From Nitrososphaerota archaeon (GTDB lineage: Archaea; Thermoproteota; Nitrososphaeria_A; Caldarchaeales; Caldarchaeaceae): a stretch of 64,000 nt of DNA. Within the stretch, counting starts at the first letter, position 1; the number at the start of each line of letters is the position of its first letter. Location of the stretch: assembly GCA_041641305.1 (NCBI GenBank), contig JBEPYN010000001.1, positions 384,001 through 448,000 of the forward strand. Direction: 5' to 3'. Below, in pieces: positions 1-9,859 of the stretch. The translations under genes and the position numbers were made by a program. The notes beneath the pieces are model-generated. The model had not been told where the DNA came from and ran no database searches. It was given only the letters and a program-made list of their open reading frames with translations.

Positions 1-945
1 GCTGGAGCCTTTGCCAAGCCTTTTTCACGCGTGTTCGTAGGCGGTGGAACTGGTGTGGGAGCGGCCATAGCTGGGTGGTGGCATGTTGCCTCGGGGCTTT
101 TTGACAAGGTCCTTGTTGTGGCGTGGGAGAAGATGAGCCACCCCTATCCTCATGCACAGCCACTATTCCGCACAATCTTCGAGCCGATAATTGAGCAGCC
201 TCTCGGCCCCAACCTAATCTGGATATTCGCCCTGGAGATGCGCCGCTACATGGAGATACACCGCCTCGACAAAGAGCTTATCGCGAGGGTGGCGGTCAAA
301 AACAAAGCCAACGCCCTCGACCATCCATACGCACAGCTCGGGGCAAAAATAACGGTGGACGATGTCCTCAAGTCACCTGTGCTCGTCTGGCCGGTGAATA
401 GGCTTGACATCAGCCCCACATCAGACGGCGCCGTCGCACTCTTGTTCGCATCCGAACACGAGGCCAAGAAGATAACCGACACACCTGTGTGGCTGGACGG
501 CGTGGGAGCATGCCTCGACAGCCAATACTGGACAAACAGGGACCTGGGATACCCCTACTACGTCTACCTCGCCGCCCAGCAGGCTTACAAAATGGCGGGC
601 ATAACCAACCCGCTCAAAGAAATCGATGTCTTCGAACCCTACGACCCGTTCACCTACAAGGAGCTCCACCACCTCGACGCATTACTCGGCAAACCGGGTC
701 TCGCACCACAGCTACTCAAGGAGGGGCAGCTGGAGAGAGACGGCGACCATCCAACATCGCCTTCAGGTGGATTGCTTGGCGTAGGTAACCCTATAGCAGC
801 CGCAGGGCTGATGAAGGTCGCGGAACTCTATTGGCAGCTGAGCGGAAGAGCCGGGAAACGTCAGGTGCCAAACGCGTATGTCGGGGTTGCGCAGGCTTGG
901 GGTGATTTGATGCAGGTTGGGCAGGTGGTGGTATGCAGAGTATAA
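1..945 (+). CDS. Thiolase-family protein (SCP-x/acetyl-CoA C-acyltransferase type), 5' end probably outside the window
   Basis: ORF 31..945 is open to the window edge; DISPTSDGAVA, EPYDPF and SGGLLGVGNPIAAAG thiolase-like motifs; followed by DUF35 genes. Confidence 0.85.
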   Translation, partial: AGAFAKPFSRVFVGGGTGVGAAIAGWWHVASGLFDKVLVVAWEKMSHPYPHAQPLFRTIFEPIIEQPLGPNLIWIFALEMRRYMEIHRLDKELIARVAVKNKANALDHPYAQLGAKITVDDVLKSPVLVWPVNRLDISPTSDGAVALLFASEHEAKKITDTPVWLDGVGACLDSQYWTNRDLGYPYYVYLAAQQAYKMAGITNPLKEIDVFEPYDPFTYKELHHLDALLGKPGLAPQLLKEGQLERDGDHPTSPSGGLLGVGNPIAAAGLMKVAELYWQLSGRAGKRQVPNAYVGVAQAWGDLMQVGQVVVCRV

Positions 946-1577
946 CAAGCAGAATAGTATACTCACAGGATTACCTGAAACAGCTGCCGCTAACCATCAA
1001 CACATACTTTGCTCAAAACGGCCTCGACAAAGAATATGGAAAGGATTGGGAGGATGCATTAAGCAGAAAGTATTCTGAGATGTGGAGTGTTGAACACCTC
1101 ATCCTCAGCCACTGGAGAATAGTGTGCAGGTATGCGCATACACCGGGTGAGGCTCTTGAAAAGTTTCTCCAAGGCCTGCGAGAGGGGAAGTTACTCGGGA
1201 CAAGGTGCAGCGGATGCGGAAGAGTGTTGATACCGCCGCGTCTCTTCTGCGAATGGTGTGTGAAAGAGGTTTCTGACTGGGTTGAACACAGCGGAGAAGC
1301 TGTTGTCTCAACATATTCGCTTGCCTACATCGGCACCGACCCTTGGGTGAGGCTATCCGAGCCCAACATCGTCGCCGTCCTCTGGCTCAAAGACACCATA
1401 CGACAAACATCCTCGTCAAAAACAGTTCTCCATGCTGCAGGGCTGATGCACCTAATACGTGACTGCGGCCCCGACGATGTCAGGATAGGTATGAGGGTGA
1501 AACCCGTCTGGAAACCAGCCGAGCAGCGGAGCGGAAGCATCCTCGACATAAGCCATTTCAAACCACTGGGTGACTAA
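933..1577 (+). CDS. DUF35 Zn-ribbon/OB-fold protein (thiolase partner); true start may be near 1079
   Basis: CSGCGRVLIPPRLFCEWC Zn ribbon; C-terminal IGMRVKPVW...GSILDI. Confidence 0.85.
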   Translation: MQSITSRIVYSQDYLKQLPLTINTYFAQNGLDKEYGKDWEDALSRKYSEMWSVEHLILSHWRIVCRYAHTPGEALEKFLQGLREGKLLGTRCSGCGRVLIPPRLFCEWCVKEVSDWVEHSGEAVVSTYSLAYIGTDPWVRLSEPNIVAVLWLKDTIRQTSSSKTVLHAAGLMHLIRDCGPDDVRIGMRVKPVWKPAEQRSGSILDISHFKPLGD

Positions 1578-1986
1578 CTTGGACATCGAAAGCTACTACG
1601 AATACCCGGCAGGCGTCGCACTTTCAAAATTCCTTGAAGGCCTCAGCAACGCCAAAATCATCGCAAGCAAATGCGGAAAATGCTCCTCAAAATATGTGCC
1701 GCCGCGGGCATACTGCCTCGACTGCTTCACACCCATCAAAGAATACATAGAGAACAACCCCGTAGCCGAAGTTCAAACCTACACACGTACACGTCTGCTT
1801 GCAGTCGGTGAAGCCGGTGAGGAGGTTGTGTGGGTTTTTGTGAGGTTTGTGGATACCTTGGGCGGGTTGCTTCACATGCTTGACCCGTCAACGAATCCTC
1901 GGAAGGGGTTGAGAGTCAGGCCCGTCTTCCGGGAAAAACGTGTCGGCAGCATCCACGACATCAAATGGTTCACCGCAGCCGACTAA
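1570..1986 (+). CDS. DUF35 Zn-ribbon/OB-fold protein
   Basis: CGKCSSKYVPPRAYCLDC; GLRVRPVF...GSIHDI. Confidence 0.85.
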   Translation: MTNLDIESYYEYPAGVALSKFLEGLSNAKIIASKCGKCSSKYVPPRAYCLDCFTPIKEYIENNPVAEVQTYTRTRLLAVGEAGEEVVWVFVRFVDTLGGLLHMLDPSTNPRKGLRVRPVFREKRVGSIHDIKWFTAAD

Positions 1987-3013
1987 ACTCTTCTCTCTCC
2001 TCCGCGAGATGCCAAGGCTCGGAGGCGTAGACATCTTCGAGTATCGACTCCGGGGGAAGCGGTGGAATGTTCTCGCATTCTTCTATTGTTTTGCGTATGG
2101 TTTCCTCGGTTGTTTGCCATAGTTTCTCATCCTCGTCCATGCTCCAGAGGCCGCGTTTTATCAGGTGGTTTCGCAGCCTTGATATTGGGTCTTTTCTCCG
2201 CCACATTTCAACCTCCTCATCAGTCCTGTATCGCGATGGGTCGTCGGCTGTGGTGTGGGGCCCAATCCTGTAGGTCACAGCCTCGATCAACGTCGGGCCC
2301 TCACCGCTCCTCGCCTTCTCAACAGCACTCCTCGCCGCGAGATAACAAGCTATCACGTCGTTTCCATCCACGCTAACCCCTTCAAACCCATATGCAAGAG
2401 CTTTTACCGAGAGACGCTCAACAGCTGTCTGCCTACTTACTGGAACAGATATGGCATACTGGTTGTTGACACAGACAAAAACGATGGGTGCCTTGAAGAC
2501 GCCTGCGAAGTTGAAGGCCTCGTGAAAATCTCCTTTCGATGTTGCGCCGTCGCCGAAATAGTTGATGACAACTTCTTTCAGCTTCTTGTATTTGAGGGAG
2601 AGGGCGAAGCCGACGGCTGCCGGAATATGCACAGCGACAGGAATGGGTGCTGGAACTATGCGGCATCCGATGTCTCCGTACACGGCGAAGTCTCTGCCCT
2701 TTAGAGGATCTGCCGAGTTTGCGAGATTTCTGTTCACGATCTCTGCTATGGGAACCCGCCGTGCCACAAACACCGGCAGCTCACGGTAAAGCGGGAATAT
2801 CCAATCATTTTCACCAAGAGCGTAGGCCGTCCCTACTCCGGCGGCCTCCTGTCCCTCAGAGGGTGCATGGATACCTATTTTCCCCATGCGTTGAAGACGC
2901 ATAAGCCACCTATCCAATACACGTGCGACAACCATGTCACGATACATCGACGATAGCAGCCCGGGTTCAAGCTCCTCCTCGGCGAAACCCTCGGGCGAAA
3001 GAACCTGAAACAT
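1970..3013 (-). CDS. pdhA: 2-oxoacid (pyruvate/branched-chain) dehydrogenase E1 alpha subunit
   Basis: GQEA, TPP motif GDGATSKGDFHE...NNQYAIS, YRIGPHTTADDPSRYR. Confidence 0.9.
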   Translation of the reverse strand: MFQVLSPEGFAEEELEPGLLSSMYRDMVVARVLDRWLMRLQRMGKIGIHAPSEGQEAAGVGTAYALGENDWIFPLYRELPVFVARRVPIAEIVNRNLANSADPLKGRDFAVYGDIGCRIVPAPIPVAVHIPAAVGFALSLKYKKLKEVVINYFGDGATSKGDFHEAFNFAGVFKAPIVFVCVNNQYAISVPVSRQTAVERLSVKALAYGFEGVSVDGNDVIACYLAARSAVEKARSGEGPTLIEAVTYRIGPHTTADDPSRYRTDEEVEMWRRKDPISRLRNHLIKRGLWSMDEDEKLWQTTEETIRKTIEECENIPPLPPESILEDVYASEPWHLAEEREEFSRLR

Positions 3014-3062
3014 ACCTTCTATTCAATATATTCCTCTGTGGAATAATTAAATCTTGCCAGAA

Positions 3063-3347
3063 TTAAAGCAAGTAACGGATTCTGAACCCTTTCTCAACAC
3101 TTTCGGGGTTGATTTCCACAATATCCACTCGTGTTACATGGGCAAGAGGAGGCCCTCTCTTACACCATTCGAGAATTTTCTTTACCGCCTGCTCTTCTCC
3201 TGCTACGACGGCCTCCACTGAGCCGTCATCCATGTTTCGCACATAGCCGTCTACGCCAAGGCTGTCCGCAACCTCTTTCATCGACGCCCGGTAAAAAACT
3301 CCCTGAACCCTACCATACACACGCAGCCTGTAACCCACGCGGGCCAT
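3063..3347 (-). CDS. acyP: Acylphosphatase
   Basis: GRVQGVFYR and GYVRNMDDGSVE motifs. Confidence 0.92.
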   Translation of the reverse strand: MARVGYRLRVYGRVQGVFYRASMKEVADSLGVDGYVRNMDDGSVEAVVAGEEQAVKKILEWCKRGPPLAHVTRVDIVEINPESVEKGFRIRYLL

Positions 3348-3377
3348 GTAAGAGCTAAAGCATGCACCGCAAAAAAG

Positions 3378-4526
3378 TTGACGGCAGAAATGGACTATGA
3401 CGTCGCGGTTGTAGGCGGAAGCTCAACGGGCTTGATCGCAGCGCGTGAGACGGCTAAACGCGGTCTCCACACAGTTGTCTTTGAGGAGGATAGGGTCATA
3501 GGCCGACCCGAGAAATGCGCAGGCCTCTACAGCATAGATGGGATCAGGTCCCTTAACATTCCCGTTCATGGGCCCTATTTACAGAACATCGTTAGAGGCG
3601 CCGTCTTCGTATCGCCTTCGGGCAAACGCTTCGAAGTTGAAGCATCAAGAGACATCGCCGTTGTTTACAACCGTGAAAGGCTCGACCTCTATCTTGCACA
3701 GAAGGCGGCAGAGGCTGGGGCGGAAATCCATGTAGACACACGGGTGACAGAAGTCAAAACCAGCGGTCAAAACTTCCATGTCAAAACATCCAACCAAACA
3801 ATATCAGCAAAACACGTCATCTCGGCCGAGGGGCGGACAGCCACAGTAGCACGCCAGATATTCCCCCGTTACCGCACAGGAAAATGGCTCCCCATAATAC
3901 AATACATGATAGCAGACCACGGCCACAGCCCCGACATGGTCCATCTCTACTTCAAAAAATATGTGCCAGAGTTCTTCGGATACCTCGTTCCCGTCGACGG
4001 TGAGTTTGGTAAACTGGGTGTCGCGGCGTCAAAAGCACCTCATCTACTTGCCGAGAAATTGTTACGGGAAAATTTTCCACATGCGACAGTTGTCGGCACA
4101 ATGTCGTCTGCCATTTATGTGGGCGGCCCAGTGGAGCCGATGAGGATTGGCAACTTTCTCCTAGCGGGCGAGGTTGCTGGCCAGGTCAAGGCAACCACGG
4201 GAGGCGGCGTCGTGACAAGCGGCAAAGCAGCGGAGGCTGCGGCACAACACATCGCAGGACAAGGAACATACGAGCAGCTCTACCGCGAAACTCTCCGCGA
4301 GCTCCAAGGCACCTACACCCTGCGCCGCATCGTCGAACATCTCTCCCCCAAATACATCGACCTAATTCTTTCATCCCTCGCCGACTCAGACTACGGCCAA
4401 GTTTTGGCAAAAGTGGGCGACATGGACAAACACCTCTCTACACTTGTGAGGGCCCTCGCATCGAAGGCCTCTATCAAGCTAATGCTGAACACCGTGGCGA
4501 AGATACTTATGGGTGCATACGTTTAA
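3378..4526 (+). CDS. Geranylgeranyl reductase-family FAD oxidoreductase
   Basis: N-terminal DVAVVGG Rossmann motif, IGRPEKCAG, GEVAGQVKATTGGGV. Confidence 0.85.
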   Translation: MTAEMDYDVAVVGGSSTGLIAARETAKRGLHTVVFEEDRVIGRPEKCAGLYSIDGIRSLNIPVHGPYLQNIVRGAVFVSPSGKRFEVEASRDIAVVYNRERLDLYLAQKAAEAGAEIHVDTRVTEVKTSGQNFHVKTSNQTISAKHVISAEGRTATVARQIFPRYRTGKWLPIIQYMIADHGHSPDMVHLYFKKYVPEFFGYLVPVDGEFGKLGVAASKAPHLLAEKLLRENFPHATVVGTMSSAIYVGGPVEPMRIGNFLLAGEVAGQVKATTGGGVVTSGKAAEAAAQHIAGQGTYEQLYRETLRELQGTYTLRRIVEHLSPKYIDLILSSLADSDYGQVLAKVGDMDKHLSTLVRALASKASIKLMLNTVAKILMGAYV

Positions 4527-4551
4527 ATTGACGGCCTGTGGCGTGGATGTG

Positions 4552-4731
4552 ATGAGCGGGCTGCTGACGCTTCCACAGTGCTCATGGTGCCACAGACCCA
4601 TACTGCCATCCGAGTCAGCCGTCTCATTCCCATGCCCCAACTGCGGCAAATCAACCATCTGGCGGTGCAAAATCTGCAGGGAACTCGCCAAACCCTACGT
4701 CTGCCCCACATGCGCATTCCAAGGCCCGTGA
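4552..4731 (+). CDS. DUF1610 Zn-ribbon small protein (HVO_2753-like)
   Basis: CSWC...FPCPNCG..IWRCKICR...YVCPTCAFQGP pattern; ATG at 4552. Confidence 0.85.
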   Translation: MSGLLTLPQCSWCHRPILPSESAVSFPCPNCGKSTIWRCKICRELAKPYVCPTCAFQGP

Positions 4732-4736
4732 ACAAA

Positions 4737-4744
4737 TTTATAAA
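4737..4744 (+). promoter_or_regulatory. Probable TATA box of the stand-alone 23S rRNA transcript
   Basis: TTTATAAA preceded by A-rich BRE-like bases, about 150 nt upstream of the 23S 5' end. Confidence 0.55.
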
Positions 4745-6125
4745 CAGCCAAAAACAATAGATTATTTGCGCTTAGAAGATGAAGACATCCATCCGCGGAT
4801 GGATGTCCGAATGCGGTGTTTGAGAAGCTTACGCTTCAATGACCGCGTCCATAGGGTTTGGATGCGTCGCCAACTGGACGGCAGACGCCTTAGGCCAAAA
4901 TACGCCAGCCGGTGGATAACTCGGCTTGGGGGCCGAAGAAGGGCGCGGCAAGCTGCGAAAAGCCCCGGGTAGCCGCAAGCAGGCGTTGATCCGGGGATGC
5001 CCGAATGGGATTTCCCGGCATCCCGCGCTTCGGCGTGGGATGTCGCTCCACTGCCTCGAGCTGTGGAGCGGGAACCGGCCGAACGGAAGCATCCAAGTAG
5101 GCCGAGGAAAGGAAATCAAAACGAGACTCCCCTAGTAACGGCGAGTGAACGGGGACCAGGCCAAACCGAACCCGCATGGGAAACCATGTGGGGATGTGGG
5201 GTGTGGACCAGCCGCCCTCCTGTGCCCAGCGACCCGAAGCGACTTGGAAAGGTCCGCCATAGAGGGTGACAGCCCCGTAGGGGAAGCTGGGAGTGGAGAT
5301 GGGCTGGTTCCCGAGTACCGCACCTCGGATATGGTGCGGGAAGACAGGAGCCACTGGCTTCTAAGCCTAAGTACCTCCCAAGACCGATAGCGCAACAGTA
5401 CCGTGAGGGAAAGTTGAAAACTACCCCGAGAGGGGGGTGAAAAGCGGTTGAAACCGGCTGGTAATAGACGAGGGCGGCGCGCAAGGTACTCCGTCCGAAC
5501 ACGCCGCGTAGGTGTGGAGGGCGGATTATCCGGCGTCGTCCGCTCCGTCTTGAAACACGGGCCGGGGAGTTCACCGTCGTGGCGAGCTTAACCGCGGAAA
5601 GCGGGTAGGCATGGGGAAACCGAGAAGCCCGCAACCGACTCTTGTCGGCGAGGGGCCGGGTCCGAACAGGGCCTGTAGTCACGGCGGTGAGGCTAGAAAC
5701 CGGGCGATCTAGCCCTGGGTAGGGTGAAGCCGGGCGAAAGCTCGGTCGAGGCCCGAACGCGTCCTGACGTGCAATTCGGTGCGTTGACCTGGGGCTAGGG
5801 GCTAAAAACCAATCTAGCCCGGTGATAGCTAGTTCCCCCCGAAGTGTCTCGCAGGACAGCCTCGGCGGAGGTGGTCCGCGGGGTAGAGCACCGATGGGGT
5901 GGTAAGGGCTCGAAAGGGCCCGCCATCCTTTCGAACTCCGAATCCGCGGACGCCGTAGATGCCGGGAGTGGGGTGTGCGGGGTAAGCTCGCACGCCGAGA
6001 GGGGAACAACCCAGACCGCGGGTTAAGGCCCCAAAGTGCCCGCTAAGTGACAAACCAAAGGGCGTCTCCCTCCTAAGACAGCGGGGAGGTAGGAATAGAA
6101 GCTGCCATCCTCCAAGGAGTGCGTA

Positions 6126-6817
6126 AGTTGCGGAATCTCCGGCGAAAACTAAATTACCCGACTGCTTCTGCATCACGGTGGTGTTGGTTAACGAGGCCTA
6201 TATCGCAGGTGCTCTACGCGATGGCTACGTCGGAAGATACATCGACGTATATGGGAAGGTCCACAGCGTCGTAACACTTTACAACAATGACATCGATTGG
6301 CTAAAACGTGTGGCGGACTTGTTAAATTCCACATATGGAGTCAATGCGAGAATTTTTGTTAACCCCAATCGAACACCGTATCTTCGTGTATATTCAAAAA
6401 GACTTGTACAATATTTTGCTGAAAAATTCTGCCATCCCATAGGAAAGCAGACAAAATGGTGCACGCCTTTATTCATCAAGAACAGCGATGACCCCGAGCT
6501 TTGGAGGACCTACATCGCAGGATACTTTGATGCAGAAGGCGGAATTGATACGATTAAAAAACAGATCAAGTTTCACACATCTTTTGAGGGCTCAACATGC
6601 CCACCCCTTGTAGATATTAAACTAGCGCTCGCACGGTTCTTCGAAATCAGAACCGGAAACGTATGCATGTACCAAAACAATAGGGGAAAAATTCCCAGAT
6701 TTGTTCTACGCATACTCAAGTCGGATAATAGAAAGTTTTTCGGAACATTTCCACTACTTAACACTACAAAAATCCAAAGACTGTTGAAAATTATGCCGGA
6801 GCGTTCGCAACCGCAAG
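6126..6817 (+). mobile_element. Archaeal BHB-type rRNA intron (692 nt) in the GTPase-associated centre of 23S
   Basis: Removal restores GAGTGCGTA|ACAGCTCAC; junction TGCG-TAA / CGCA-AGA with intron stem GTTGCG/CGCAAC; the exon-side helix is weak (relaxed BHB). Confidence 0.9.
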
Positions 6818-6855
6818 ACAGCTCACCCGCCGAGGAGGGGGGCCCCGAAAATTGA
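6178..6855 (+). CDS. Intron-encoded LAGLIDADG homing endonuclease (no stop codon inside the linear intron)
   Basis: YIAGALRDGYV and YIAGYFDAEGGI motifs; low-GC insert in rRNA. Confidence 0.9.
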   Translation: MVLVNEAYIAGALRDGYVGRYIDVYGKVHSVVTLYNNDIDWLKRVADLLNSTYGVNARIFVNPNRTPYLRVYSKRLVQYFAEKFCHPIGKQTKWCTPLFIKNSDDPELWRTYIAGYFDAEGGIDTIKKQIKFHTSFEGSTCPPLVDIKLALARFFEIRTGNVCMYQNNRGKIPRFVLRILKSDNRKFFGTFPLLNTTKIQRLLKIMPERSQPQDSSPAEEGGPEN

Positions 6856-7339
6856 CGGGTCTAAGCGGGCCGCCGAAACCCGGGTTCACCCAGTTGTTGC
6901 TGGGTGGAGGTAGGGGGGCGTGGCGGTTGGGTGGAAGCAGGGCCGTGAGGTCCTGTGGACCGGCCGCCAATGTAGATCCCGGTGGTAGTAACAGCGGAGC
7001 GGGGTGAGAATCCCCGCCGCCGAAGGGGCAAGGGTCTCCCGGCAACGCGTCGTCGGCCGGGAGTAAGCCGGTCCTAAGCCCGACCTTAACCGGGTAGGGC
7101 GAAAGGGAAACCGGTTAATATTCCGGTGCCTCCGGAGTACGTGCGGCGACGCAAGGCCGGTGTCCGACGCTTCGGGGTAGGCTGAGCGGGGCCGTAGCCC
7201 CGTCTAAACGCATAAGCCTGGGGAGTGGCGTAAAGCCGAGAACCAGGTGAAAACGTGAACGGCCGCCCGTATGGGCGGTTCAGCTGATCCCTGGAGCCCA
7301 TGAAAAGGACACCGGCAAGGATCTCCGGAGACCGTGCCA

Positions 7340-7386
<47 letters not shown>

Positions 7387-7408
7387 TCACTCCAGGGCGA
7401 GGGAACTC

Positions 7409-7441
<33 letters not shown>

Positions 7442-7635
7442 TGCCTGAGGCCTTGGCCGCGAGGCTGGGGCCTTAGGTCGCAGTGACTAGGGGGTCCTGA
7501 CAGTTTAATAAAAACCTAGGTAGCCGCGAGACCGAAAGGTTTTGAACGGCTATTGAATCCTGGCCAGTGCGGGTACTCGAAAACCGGGTTCAACCGGCAT
7601 AAGGGCCCGTAAACGCCGGGAGTAACTCTGACTCT

Positions 7636-8772
7636 CGAGCTAAAAGGGAGTCGTTAAACCCGGCTATATGCGGGGAATTCCAGAACCCTTAACTACCTTA
7701 AAAGGTAACAATGTTGAGGGTTATGAGGAAGACCCGCAGGAAACCCCTGCCAACGTGGTCGCCATGCTCACCGAATTCTCCGACATAATTGATCCAAAAG
7801 ATCTTCCGAACAAGCTAAGCCAACTCAAGTGGCATATAACGGGGTTCGTCGACGGCGACGGGAGCTTTCCAATCATTCTCTCTCCAGAGGAGACAAAGAA
7901 ATTCGGCTGGTTGATACAGCCACGCTTCGAGTTGGAGCTGAGAAGCGGCGAAGACTCCGAGACGATGCTCAGAGTGGTTTGCAGAGCAGTGGGGATTAAG
8001 CCGAAAATATTGACGAGCGAAAACTACGTCAAACTAATCGTCACAAACAGGAGACTCCTCCTGGAAAAAGTGGTGCCATTCTTCGAGAAATACAGGCCCG
8101 TAATCAAATGGCGCGACTTCAAGACGATGAGCGAGGTTGCGAAAGACCTACACCAGAAAAAGCATCTAACATATGAGGGCTTCAAGGAGATCATCCGAAA
8201 AATTTACTCGCTACCAATGAATGGCGAGTCGCGGAGAAAGTGGAGGTTCAGCGACATCATACAGGATGAGGAGCCTCCTCAACACGTGGAGAAAAAAGAA
8301 GAACATAGATTTCCCAGGGGACTTGTTCCACTGAAACACTACGTCGCCGGCTTCATAGACGCCGAAGGCTCGTTGGGATTCGTCATAAACAAGGAGACCA
8401 AGTCGATAACACCGTATCTAACAATAACCAGCTCCGAGACAGTTGTGCTACAGAAAATAAGATGGCTTCTGGGATGCGGAGAAATCAGCACAGGAAGGCT
8501 CCAAATCTACGGCGTCGACAACTTCGTCAACAGTGTTGCACCGTTTCTCGACAGACAAAAGCTCATAGCGAAAAGGACAACATACAAGATGTTTAAGCAG
8601 ATTCTTGAGACGGTGGTCAGAGGCGACCACAAAAGAAACTGGGAAGAAACCGTAGCGTTCGTCAAAATGTTGAATAAAAAGGCAGGGGGATCCTCAGAGA
8701 CCATACGCCGGGCGTCCTCATCGAAGACTGGGGGCGAAGATATGGTCCAGCACCCGTAAACCCTGGGTGTTG
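7636..8772 (+). mobile_element. Group I self-splicing intron (1137 nt) at the LSU position equivalent to E. coli 1923
   Basis: P1 GACTCT/GGAGTC with U.G at the 5' splice site; P3 CCCGGC/GCCGGG; P4 TGCGGG/CCCGCA; P7 GACCAT/ATGGTC; terminal G at 8772; exons rejoin as GACTCT|CTTAAGGTAGCC. Confidence 0.92.
7764..8759 (+). CDS. Double-motif LAGLIDADG homing endonuclease in the group I intron (frame open from 7668)
   Basis: HITGFVDGDGSF and YVAGFIDAEGSL motifs; inserted between CCCCTGCC/GGCAGGGG (P6 extension). Confidence 0.92.
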   Translation: MLTEFSDIIDPKDLPNKLSQLKWHITGFVDGDGSFPIILSPEETKKFGWLIQPRFELELRSGEDSETMLRVVCRAVGIKPKILTSENYVKLIVTNRRLLLEKVVPFFEKYRPVIKWRDFKTMSEVAKDLHQKKHLTYEGFKEIIRKIYSLPMNGESRRKWRFSDIIQDEEPPQHVEKKEEHRFPRGLVPLKHYVAGFIDAEGSLGFVINKETKSITPYLTITSSETVVLQKIRWLLGCGEISTGRLQIYGVDNFVNSVAPFLDRQKLIAKRTTYKMFKQILETVVRGDHKRNWEETVAFVKMLNKKAGGSSETIRRASSSKTGGEDMVQHP

Positions 8773-9412
8773 CTTAAGGTAGCCAAATGCCTTGTCGGGT
8801 AAGTTCCGACGTGCATGAATGGATCAACGAGGGCCCCGCTGTCCCCGCCTGGAGCCCCGTGAACCCACGTAACGTGGGCGAACAGTCCACGAACTCCCAA
8901 CGGGGAAAGAAGACCCTGTGGAGCTTTACTGCAGCCTGTCGCTGGGATGTGGACGAGTGTGCAGAGCGTAGCCGGGAGCCGTCGATCCCCGTCTCTCCGG
9001 GGGCGGGGGGAGGCGCCCATGTAACACCGGCCACGCTTGTCTGCATCTCTCACCGGCGCGGAAGCGCTGGAACAACGGCAGGTGGGCAGTTTGGCTGGGG
9101 CGGCACCCCCTTGAAAAGATATCGAGGGGGCCCAAAGGTCGGCTTAGGCGGGACAGAAACCCGCCGTGAAGTGCAAGGGCAAAAGCCGGCTTGACAGGGC
9201 CCTTGAAAGCCAGGGGCCCTGAGGGGAAACCCAGGCCTAGCGATCCATCGGCTCCTACCAGTGGGGGCCGGTGGTGACAGAAAAGTTACCCCAGGGATAA
9301 CAGGCTCGTCGCGGGCGAGAGTCCCCATCGACCCCGCGGCTTGGTACCTCGATGTCGGCTCTTCCCAACCTGGCCGTGCAGAAGCGGCCAAGGGTGCGGC
9401 TGTTCGCCGATC

Positions 9413-9452
<40 letters not shown>

Positions 9453-9859
9453 ATCGGATTTTACCTGTTGGGAGTGCTGGCTGCCTGAGGGGAAGGTGTT
9501 CCCAGTACGAGAGGAACGGAGCGCCGGGGCCAACGGTGTACCGGTTGTCCTACAGGGCAGTGCCGGGCAGCTGCGCCCCCGCGGATAAGGGCTGAAAGCA
9601 TCTAAGCCCGAAGCCGCTCCCGAAAACAGGCAGCCACTCGCCGGGTAAGGGCTCGGCAACGGGCCTATACCGGCGACGAGGGCTCCCGTAGAAGACGGGT
9701 TTGATGGGGCGGGGGTGTACGGATGGAGGCTTCGGCCGGACATCCTCAGCCCGCCGCTCCCAACCGCCCGAGTGGCCTAAGGAAGCCGTCCAGGCGAAAA
9801 CGCATCCCACCCTACTTGGACGCGTAACACTTTATACCGCCTTATCTCATGGTTCCGAC

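Noticed and set aside
7636-8772. Second rRNA intron as BHB type
   Set aside because: No BHB at the junction; U.G in P1, the terminal G and the core helices identify it as group I.
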